Shown one piece after another: positions 9,700 through 19,121 of a stretch of DNA of 64,000 nt. A program made the position numbers and the translations under genes. Within the stretch, counting starts at the first letter, position 1. Each line of letters starts with the position of its first letter. Below the pieces are notes generated by a model that saw nothing but the letters and a program-made list of their open reading frames with translations, did not search any database and was not told the DNA's origin. Source of the DNA: Anthoceros angustus (Eukaryota; Plantae; Anthocerotophyta); the NCBI GenBank assembly GCA_010909165.1, contig MU008160.1:310001-374000 (forward strand), in the 5' to 3' direction.

Positions 9700-12081
9700 A
9701 ACACGATAATTTTTGAAGGGGGATATAACCCCTTGGAGAACGACACCCTTGTCACAAGAACACCTTTCCTAGAGCGACATATGTGCCTTTGATAATGCAC
9801 ACACCCTTTACGGTCATACAGATAAAAGGCACTTTCAAGTCTACACCCGAACTGGAGCACAATAGGGTGTGGGCCCGTCTGCGTTTTGTAGAATGCATAG
9901 AGGGCTGCCATTTTCATATGTTTATTACAATAAAACTTTTACTTTCAAGTGGTGGAACACAATGAAAACAATCTTGTACTAGCGGAGTCTTATTTCAATG
10001 GTCGTGAGAACATTGCAACAAACAATGCTAAAGGAGAAGTGGTCATCGATCGACAATAGTCATTCAAGAGTGCGGCCCGACGACTCATCCATGCCTTCAA
10101 AGCGAGTCAAGTACCACCATATTCGAGGCGGTCCATATCCTCCGCCTCGAAGTTGTCGTTCTCCTCCATTGCTTGCTCGTCTTCAATAGTACCATTCTTG
10201 GGCCAGCGGTGTCGATGCCACCTGACATCTAGCATCTGACCCTCATCCAAAAGGTCGCATCGTGGTCTTCAACCTTCGGCACTCAATGCAACCACTTGGG
10301 CTTTAAGGCAATGCTAGCGTCCTTAAAATGAACAAAGTTAGTTGCCCATGCGCCCATGCAAGCATCCTTAAAATCAACAAAATTGAGTTGTTAGGAAGAC
10401 GGGTTTGAACACAACCTATTCATTACTACACTTATTTCCCAAACACTTGACCAACAATCCCAAGTTGCAACTCTTGAGGCGCTAAATATATATTTTTTTG
10501 ACAGCCTATGAGGAGCATGGGGCGCTGCCGGCCGGCGCCATGGTGAGGGGCGCAGGCCGGCGCCATGGGCAGGCGTGGGGGGGCGCGGCCGGCGCCATGG
10601 GCGGTGGTGTGCTGGGGAGGCGCGGCCGCCGGTGCGCAAGGTGTTAGGGGAGGCGCCGGCCGCCGGCGCCCATGGGCGGTGTGCTAGGGGAGGACGCTGG
10701 CCGGCGCCCATGGGTGGTGAGGGGGAGGCGCCGGCCGCCGCGCCATGGGGGGCAGGAGGGGGCGGGCGGCCGGCGCCATGGGCGGTGGTGTGTTGCGGGG
10801 GGAGGCGCCGGCCGGCGCCCATGGGGTGTGTGTTAGGGGAGGCGCCGCCGGCGCCCATGAGCAGGCATGTTGGGAGGCGCCGGCCGGCGCCTCCTTAGCA
10901 CCATCCTACGGTGCATGCGGTGAAGCTAGGGGGACAAGAAGGAACGCAGTATCCTATCACCGATGGAAGGTGTGGCCCATTTGGTGAAGGGTTAAAAGAT
11001 TTGCGTCCATAAGTGATTGAAGAGTACAAGTGGTGGGAAGCCTTTTGGGTGGACCGGAAGGAGATTGCTATCATTGTGGAGAATAACATTGGGCTAGTGC
11101 TACATTCCTTGGAAGTGGTTTTCACGCAGAAGTGGATCATACAAGATGACCACTTCAAGTGCGGATGAAGCTTTGCTAGATGAGGCATTATTGAGGGACC
11201 TCCACGTGATATGTACTTGGGGCATATCAAAATGCGGAAGGCAAGGGAAATGGCACGATGAATGGGGACATAACAAAACCGAGAGGGATGTCGCGCTGCA
11301 ATACACGCATACTAGGCCATTCGGATTGGGAGGTCATTGACGTGAAGCTAACGCACCACGACCTCACTTTCTTATCCACTATCGGACCGAGCATAGATGC
11401 GTATGAAGGAGATATGTGCAGAACATAGTCCGCCAGAGTGGTAACCCATCCGTCCAATGCCGAGGAAAAAGGGAATAAGGTCCATTACCTAAAAACATAC
11501 AGGAGGTATTTGTGAATGAAATACCATCCAGATGGGTTTGTGTTGAACGACGGAAACATCTGTGTGGACAAAAAGCGATAAGGGATAAGCTCATGAGGCG
11601 TGGTTTTCATACAACCCGCGATGAAAGTGTCATCAAGATAGTGATGACAATGGAGGAGAAGTCGACCAAGTGATGACGATGGATTGAACTCGGGATGAGT
11701 GAAATCAAATCTCGCTTTTCCCGGGTCCCGAGTTAATGTTGTAAGTCCGGCTTCGATGTTTCGTGTTAGGAAATACCGTCTGCGGGCTTTTGTGGTGTCA
11801 TAACAAAACCACATTTCCATCCCAAAATCGAAGTTTACAATGCCCCCGCAGAACGGCCTTCCTCACCGCTCCTACTTTGCATCATTCCCTAGGTTCGAGT
11901 TTCATACCACCATTCGACACAAACATTGCCGGATGGAAAAGTAGTAACTTTACCGGTGACACCTTTTTTCGAGTCGTTTTCCAATGCCTTCAAAACTGCT
12001 TTAGGGCCCATCAAAACCCCTTCGTAGATTATTTATGAAAACCCCTCTCGAGATTATTAACCCCTTCAAAATTATCGTGTT
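9700..12081. mobile_element. Unclassified 2382-bp TIR element nested in the RT gene; 4-bp TSD GGAT
   Basis: Left end aacacgataatttttgaagggg (9700) and right end ccccttcaaaattatcgtgtt (12061-12081) are inverted repeats. GGAT flanks both sides (9696-9699, 12082-12085). Removing the element restores RT GFIVSADGIRMD-PDK. Confidence 0.88.
10515..10894. repeat. Extremely GC-rich palindromic repeat array inside the TIR element
   Basis: About 8 units built on gccggc(c)ggcgcc(c)atggg; ends in the perfect 22-bp palindrome ggaggcgccggccggcgcctcc (10873-10894). Confidence 0.9.
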
Positions 12082-14040
12082 GGATCCCGATAAAAGGTTA
12101 TACAGAGTTGGTCACCCAACGAATGTGCACGAGGTGCGTATGTTTTTGGATTGGCTGGAAGATTTGTAAGATTATGTTTGCCAAGATTCGCCCCATTAAT
12201 CGATCTCAAGAAGGCGAAGGCTTGGAAGTGGATGATGAATGTCGAGGGCATTCGAAGCTCGGTTGAAACTCAAAGACTACCCCAAGATTGGCAATCTATG
12301 ATCCAAAGAAGGATATAGAAGTATATACCGCGCCGATATTGCAATTGAGGAGTGCTCATGCAAGAAGGTAGGCCGTGGCTTACGAGTCAAGGAAGCATGA
12401 ACATGAAAGGAAGTACCCCACTTATGAAAAGGAGATGATCCATCAATTGTCTCAAGATTTGGAGACATTATCTTCTAGGAAGATCTTTGGTATACGATAA
12501 TGTAAGCACGAGCTTCTTTACAATCGCGACTAAGCGCAAGATAGTTAGATGGCAAGATTTCCTAGCAATGTATGATGTGTCTATCAAGTACAAGCCGGAA
12601 GGAGAATCTCGTATGCTTTGAGTCGCAAGCGTAGTTTAAGTTTGATAACCGCTTACGTCAAGAGGCCTAAGCTAGTCAAATGATGGTGATTGAGCCAAGG
12701 ACACTCACACGCATCAAGGAAGCTTATCCGCGAGATCCATTAGTGCAGTGATTGGATCAATGAAGTGGAGCAACCGGATCTAAGTTTAAGCTTAGAAATG
12801 GCTTGTTGATGTTCAAGCAAAACAGATTGTGATTCCCGATTCTCATGTGTTGAGAAGGAAGTTGCTTGCAGAGTGTCATGATGTGCCAAGTGCAGTCATA
12901 GAGGAATTGACCCAACTTATGAGAAGTTGAGAAAGCGCTTTATTGGCCGATGTACAAGCATACGTTGAGTATGTTAAGTCTTGTAGACCGTCAGGGATAA
13001 GGTGGAGCGCATAAATCCACGAGGTTTGTTGCAACCGCCTATTCCAAGTGGGCCTTGGAAAAGTATATCAATGGATTTCATTATGCCATTGCCACCAAGA
13101 ATGGACACAGCCTATCATGTTGGTTGATAGATTCAGCAAGCACACTTCATCCCTACAAAGAAGCGAGTGAAAGCTTCAAGTTGCTCATTGTTCAAGAAGC
13201 ATGTATACATGTATATATTATACATATGATTGTGAGTGACAGAGATCCCGTAAGCAGAGTTTTGGCAACATTATGAAGAGCTTAGAGTGCAATTATGTAT
13301 GAGCAGTACCACCCGAGGATGGATCAGAGAGGGTGAGAATCCAAGAAGAATACTTACGACACTATGTATGGATGGACCAAATGAGATGGAGTAATCATCT
13401 TGAGGATGCGTAATTTTGTTATAATAACATCGACATAGCTCCTGTGCTACCTTTTTTCGGATGATGTAACGAAGCAATGGACGAGTTTCCATGTTGAATG
13501 CTAGCGTGTTGAGACAGAGCAAGAGAACCACGTGAATTCATTGAGTAGTTAAGGGCATGAAGTTGCTAAGAAGATATTGGCCAAGGCTCGTGAGCAAAAG
13601 AAGTCACGCATGGCAAGAGGCAGTTTCAAGTAGGAGACAAGGTGTGGGTGAAATTGAAGAATTTCCCACCGCCAAGGGCCGACCTCAAAGTTAAGGCCTA
13701 AGTATGGAGGACCTTCGTAGTTCAAGCGCATTGGAAATGTGGCTTACAAACTACATTGCACGAATGGATCTTCTCTCATAATGTGTTTCATGTCTCTTTC
13801 TTTGAAACCATTTGTGATTTCGAAGAGAATGAAGATATGAGCAGGAAGGATTATGTCATCCGGTTCAACACAATCATGGTCTGCGGAAATTGTTGAATTC
13901 TGGCAGAGAGAAGTGCCTCGTCGTAATGTACAGTGTCTGGTAAGGGTGGTTATCGGATCCAGGTTTCACTTGAAGATGTGCAACAAGGATCATGGATGAT
14001 CTCGCGTTACCGAGGTCATTGAGGACAATGACATCTTCCT

Positions 14041-14050
14041 GGGGAGAGAG
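14041..14050 (+). other. Polypurine tract
   Basis: ggggagagag immediately before the 3' LTR. Confidence 0.7.
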
Positions 14051-14610
14051 TAACGCACTAGTGAAACAAGGTAGAAAGGTGAAAAGTTGAAAAGGTAAAA
14101 GCTAAGTTAGTAGTCATTAAGAAGATGCATGTGTTGCATGCTTCATGCAATCTCTTGTTAGAGAGGAATTGCTCTGACCACAAATGAAGAGCTGCCTAGA
14201 GAGGACTCTTAGTGATTAGTGGTCCTAAGAATCCCTAGATTTACTTTGCCTAGTTAAGGTCGGTGCGGATATATAAGGGCTAGAACAAGGGCTTTGAGGA
14301 ACAAGTTACAAGTGGGACTCACTCTTTGAGAGAGCGGGCAAGTGTCTTGCAAGCCTGTGTTGAGAGAGCTGGAGAGCTAGCTAGTGAGCTTGTCATGGAA
14401 TCAAGGCGTGCTTGGGCGTAGATGGCATTCCATCGTTGTATTCTTGTAATAAAGAGCGACTCGAGGAGGTGGCCCAGTCGTCGATGGGACGGCGGGCTAC
14501 TTGGAGCCTAGTCCGTGTCGTGAGGTTGAGGCGTTGAGAATCGTGCAAGTCTCTTGTGGAGTGAATTGGCGAGGTCCTAGACCGGAAGCCAAGACTTGAC
14601 GCTTCCTTCT
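14050..14610 (+). repeat. 3' LTR, truncated by about 17 bp at its end
   Basis: Matches the 5' LTR up to gcttccttct (14610), then unrelated sequence; no TSD can be assigned. Confidence 0.88.
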
Positions 14611-14613
14611 GCC

Positions 14614-14835
14614 TTAATGGATCGATTGATTAGAACACGGATAAATAAGCAAATTGTACAAATTTGTATACTTAGAAGGAGAAGCACTTCTCATGGTCAC
14701 TCCTTTCAACTGCAGCAACCTTTTGCGAATCTCATGCGAATCAATGCACACAGTACCCATGATGGCCCTTACTACAATGTCTCTCTGTTGACAGCCGATC
14801 TCACCGCAGAGGTGTGCCATTAGGAGTTGTGCCAT
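14614..14835 (-). mobile_element. Possible retroelement gag remnant
   Basis: CGEIGCQQRDIVVRAIMGTVCIDSHEIRKRLLQLKGVTM resembles the RD-h-V-G-h-D-x-IRKRLL-x-LTL pattern of Gypsy gag; short match only. Confidence 0.3.
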
Positions 14836-15165
14836 TAGGAGTGTTCAAGAGACCAAACGCTAGATTCTCGGCCCTCTCAAAGCACTTCTTCCTGTTCCTT
14901 CTAGATTCTCAGCATGACATTAGGAGTGTTCTGTTGAAGAGACCAAACGCCATGCCATTAGGAGTGTTCAAGAGACCAAACGCTAGAGCTAGATTCTCAG
15001 CATGCCCTCAAAGCACTTCTTCATGCCCTCAAAGCACTTCTTCCTGTTCCTTCTAGATTCTCAGCATGCCCTCAAAGCACTTCTTCCTCATGCCCTCAAA
15101 GCACTTCTTCCTGTTCCTTCTAGATTCTCAGCATGCCCTCAAAGCACTTCTTCCTGTTCCTTCTC
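14812..15165. repeat. Modular repeat array of shuffled short modules
   Basis: Modules gccattaggagtgttcaagagaccaaacgc, tagattctcagcatgccctcaaagcacttcttc and ctgttccttc recur in varying order. Confidence 0.9.
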
Positions 15166-15431
15166 AGACATTGGCTTCAGGACTAACTTTCCTGCTTTAG
15201 ACGTGCATTCGTGCTCCCTACCTTGAGGGCAATCTCGTCTCGTGGGGGCACATCGCTGGGACTCCATCCTCCGCGGCACTCCCGCCTCTACGTGTGCATA
15301 ATCACGTATACGGTATGTTCGAACTTTCCTCGTATAGGCTTATCGCGTAGAGCTACGCATCGGCCGAGAGTCGAACCCGAATCAGCGCTGGAGGGAAAGA
15401 TCATGCTACCAACAAACCACCGGGCCCATCT

Positions 15432-16310
15432 TTACAAGAAAACGCGCTCCATCTCCGCGGCAACCCGCATGCCGGCTGCCCGGACAGCAAAAGAGGCATG
15501 GGAGAACGGAAACCGGGCGGGATTGGACCAGTTGAGATGGATGAAGCGCACCTTGGACTGTTCCTCTTCCGGCAGACTGATGGCAAATCGGGCCATGGAA
15601 GACGCGATGGTGGGGTGCGGGATATCGCTCATATCCCGCCCCGGGAGCTCGCCCTGGTCGAAGAACGTCCCGTCCAGGTACGCCACATCCACCTCCCGGA
15701 TTTCATCTTCAATCCGCACGCCTTCCTTGTCCCAGTCCTCCCACCGGTCGATGTCCGGGATGAAGAGCGCCCGTCGGCTGGGGCCTTCCACCGAAACCCA
15801 CCACCTCCGAGAACTCCTGCCGGTGGGGCACCAGGAACGGCGTGACCCGCAGCCGGGGTGAGCTCCACAGTTTGCCTATCCGCCATCTCCCGGATCTCGA
15901 TGTTGCGCAGGCCAGCTGGCTCCACGGCCCGTTGGTCGCCAGGAAGCTGCCCATGCGCGGCATGGCGTGGACCGGGACAGAGGATGTTCCCATGGCCTCC
16001 CGACCCAGGAACATGAGCCCGGTGTAGTGCCCTATGTGGCGTGGGTGAGCAGGATTCCGGACAGAGGAAGGTCCGTGGTGCGGAAAACGGTGGAGAATCG
16101 GTGCAGCTGGTCGCGGAAATCCGGTGTTGCTTCCAGCAGAAATCGCTTCCCTGCGATCCTGTCCACCACGCCGATGCATGTCGCGGTGCGGCGGAGGGTT
16201 GGGTCGGCCCAAGCTGGGTCGTCGTCGTGGCCTGCCTGCGGCGCGCCCCCGTCTTGTCCCGACCCGAGCACCACCAGCTCCACCGCGCTAGGATTGTCAG
16301 AGTCCGCCAT
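15432..16310 (-). CDS. pqqB-like: Bacterial-type PqqB-like metallo-beta-lactamase-fold hydrolase, intronless, about 290 aa after indel correction
   Basis: Joined frames: VVLGSGQDGGAPQAG...FLLEATPDFRDQL...LLTHAHIGHYTGLMFLGREAMG...NGPWSQL...VTPFLVPHRQEFSEVVGF.VEGPSRRALFIPDIDRW...YLDGTFF..GELPGRDMSDIPHP...FIHLNWSNP. About four frameshift points (near 16035, 15905, 15850, 15790), all at C/G runs. Confidence 0.85.
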
Positions 16311-16414
16311 CGCTCACGCAAAGACAGCTCCTTGGAGCTCGGCTATGGAAGACGAAGAAGTTGGTACAGAGCTAAAATTATTCACTAAATATCTACTATA
16401 ATGCTAAAATTGAA

Positions 16415-17529
16415 TCAAGCCCCGCTTTCAGCCATGCGCTTGGAGATGGCCTTGGCAGCCTCCTTCGTCTCCCTGCTGATGATGCGGAGTTGGGTCAGGA
16501 GCTTGAGCCTCTGTGGGTTGTTCTTCTGCCGATCCACGTCTAGAATCATCCTGTTTAGAAGGGTGAAGAAGTAGCTGTCTGGAGCCAGGTAATCGACTTG
16601 GCTCTTCATCGTTGCCACTCGGTCCGAGGGAGTTTTGTCTCTCATCAGCTGCACAAGCACCGGGAGATTCTTTGTTTGATGAAGTTTTGGTTCTTGAAGA
16701 GAAGCAGACTTTTGATTCTCGATTTGTCTGGGAGAGGCTTACCTGATTCAGAAGCCGGATCTCTGGCCGGAGGGTCCTCTCCTTCTCTGACATGGCTATT
16801 CGGAGGGTTGTTTCGATTTGGTTCATCACCTGGAGGTTACCTTCCTTCTTGGCCTTTCTACCAATGCAGCAAGTGTTAGGTCAGATGTAAGGCGGTGAGG
16901 AACATGAAAGAAGACAGCATGCTTGGATGAGGACAGAGAGAAAGAAAGAAGGGAATGCGTAGTACCAGCTCCAGATAAGTCGAGGCCACCATGAAGAAAT
17001 CCTCAGTCAAGAACTCCACGTACTTCTGAGCTGCCTGCTCCTTGTCCTCGGCTTTGAGGAGTTCAGCCAAAACCTCTGTGGCGTGCAGCTGGAGCTGCCT
17101 CAGTTCGGTGACCTTCTCTGCGAGCCAAGGACGAGCCGGCTCAGGAGAGCAGCTCTGGACATGAATTTTGGTGCTGAGAGAAGGAGGAGCTCACAGTTTC
17201 CTTACCTTTGTCTGACGCCTGGCACACAACTTGTGATGTCCTTACTCTCCGATGACAGAGATGGTTGTTGAGCAGCAGTCTGGCACTTCCACTTGCATTG
17301 ATTCGGCTTCCCAGAGATCCTGAAACGGATTGCAGCAAGAATGCACGTTTGTCAGGACCGAAGCTTGCAATCCATCCCGCCACGCACGCAAGACAGACAG
17401 CGAGACAGCCAAGAGTGTGAGCCTACCTGAGGGACTGAATGAAGCGGAGAAGGTGGAGGAACATGAACGGTGCACCGCCATAGCCGAAGGCGGTACTGAC
17501 ACTACCGCGAGCGCCATTTCCACGACCAT
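16415..17529 (-). CDS. Multi-exon protein of unknown function, probably plastid-targeted
   Basis: Ser/Ala-rich N-terminus MVVEMALAVVSVPPSAMAVHRSCSSTFSASFSPS; helical exons AQKYVEFLTEDFFMVASTYLEL / QIETTLRIAMSEKERTLRPEIRLLNQ / LMRDKTPSDRV...KRMAESGA* bounded by GT-AG introns. Exon limits approximate. Confidence 0.7.
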
Positions 17530-17586
17530 GGTGTAAAACCCTGCCGGAAAACTGGAAAGACGGCAGAGTTTTTTGGGTTGGCAAGG

Positions 17587-19121
17587 ATGCAGGCCAGAGG
17601 ACCGCTCTTTGATGCGCACTGCCACCTTCAGGATGCCCGAATCGCCCACTGTACCCCCCGGCTGCTGCAGTCTGCCAAGGAGGCGGGGGTGCAATGGTTT
17701 GCTGTCAACGGAACGTCTCAGGTTTGTGACCCATCAAGCCCTACCATGCTGACGCATGTCATTCTGCTCCTCTAACTGCAGGTTGTGACGGTGATTTGGT
17801 TGTGGGCAGGAGGACTGGGAGGACGTGAAGCAGCTTGGTGAGAAGCACCCATCTGTGATTCCATGCTTTGGTCTCCATCCTTGGTATGTGTGTGTTGAAG
17901 AAGGAACATGCGAATTGTGTCACGGATTAAGTTCGGATGTTCACGATGTGATGCTCGGATATCCACTATGACGTTCTCATCATCTTCCTGCTGGAAGAGC
18001 AGGTACCTTGAGAAGCGTTCTCCAGATTGGTTGTCCAGTTTGAGAGCCATGCTTGAGGCTGTCCCGACGGCTGCCTTGGGAGAGGTACGTTTCACACAGG
18101 CTCACTTTGGCCAGGGCTTTGGCCTAGTATGTTTTCCTGCTTCTGCCAGCTTTCAGTGCTTTGGTAATTTGATCTGCTACTATCGTGTTTCGCACCGGTC
18201 TGTCTGACTTGAGCTTGCATGGCAGGCGGGGCTTGACAGGAGCCCTCGTGGCAGTGCTTCGGATGAAGCAACACAGGTCTGGTTTACACCACTCTGTGCT
18301 GCCCTTTCCAGGCAACTCCGAGGTTGCATTTTGAACTGTCTGTACCTGTACTCAAACTGAGCTTCTATACCCAACAGGCAGAGATTCTAAGGCAGCAGCT
18401 TGAGCTAGCCAGGGAGCTCCATCGACCTGCTGCAATCCATTGCGTCCGAGCTTTTGGCGCTCTTCAAGAGCTTCTTCGGTAAGCTCCACATCTCACGATC
18501 CATACATTTCATCCTCTTCCACCTTCAGTCACCACTGATCCTATCACTTCCATGACTGGCAGAGACTTGGGCCCCTTTCCTCCTGGACTCATCCTCCATT
18601 CATACAGTGGTTCCGCGGAGATGGTCCGTGCTCTCTCCAATCACAACACATACTTCTCCTTCTCCGGCTTCATCACTGGCATGAAACCCAACAAGGCCAA
18701 GAACATCCTGAAAGCGGTATGAACATCACTCCATCACTTCATGACTTACACTCACTTACTCCTCTCACCTGGCAGGTACCCTGGGACAGGCTCCTGCTAG
18801 AGACAGACTCTCCAGACGCACTGCCCAACGTGGACCCCAACTCCTTGTCACCCATTCCAGAGCCCCTGCCGACAGCAACACAGTCGTGAAGACTCTGAAC
18901 CATCCTTCAAACATCCGATCTGTGAGCCTTCTGACCAGCAACTCTTCCTCCTCAGCCAGTCCCCACAACAGGGCATAAACAACCCTCATTCTTCTCCTGT
19001 TTTGCAGGTTCTTTCCATCGTTTCCTCTCACCTGGGGAAAAGCGAAGAGGAAGTCGGTGCTGCCACTTACCAGAATGCCATCCGTCTCTTCTCGTTCCCT
19101 GGCTCCAAGCTGCTCTCGTAA
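17587..19121 (+). CDS. TatD: TatD-family deoxyribonuclease / metal-dependent hydrolase (multi-exon)
   Basis: FDAHCHLQD, FGLHPW, ALGE, IHCVRAFG, LHSYSGS, FSFSG, LLLETDSPD, NAIRLF; GT-AG introns; stop TAA at 19119-19121. Confidence 0.92.

Larger units (their letters stand above)
6711..14610 (+). mobile_element. Ty3/Gypsy LTR retrotransposon (chromovirus-like), degenerate and interrupted
   Basis: Two LTRs (about 6711-7290 and 14050-14610), PBS and PPT. Gag CCHC knuckle CYSC..GHYANEC at 8292-8331; protease region about 8500-8800; RT motifs YPLPRMDDLF, VMPFGLTNA, VVIYLDDIMI at 9280-9540; RT end/RNase H from about 12090; integrase about 12870-13500; chromodomain-like tail about 13880-14010. Order PR-RT-RH-IN. 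Confidence 0.92.

Noticed and set aside
14812-15165. CRISPR-like array next to a bacterial-type gene
   Set aside because: Sequences between repeats are reused modules, not unique spacers; no cas genes; eukaryotic context.
15780-16040. Programmed ribosomal frameshifting or pseudogenisation of the PqqB-like gene
   Set aside because: The indels sit at C/G runs, and similar indels affect conserved genes such as miaB (about 43670), SCAR and the TPR gene; sequencing error is the simpler explanation.
15432-16310. High GC content as evidence for HGT or contamination
   Set aside because: Native genes here (TPR, VQ, GSTZ, trpD exon 1) are equally GC-rich, so composition is uninformative.
16325-16335. 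Shine-Dalgarno-like AAGGAG upstream of the PqqB-like ATG
   Set aside because: It lies 17 nt from the ATG, beyond normal spacing, and is short enough to arise by chance.
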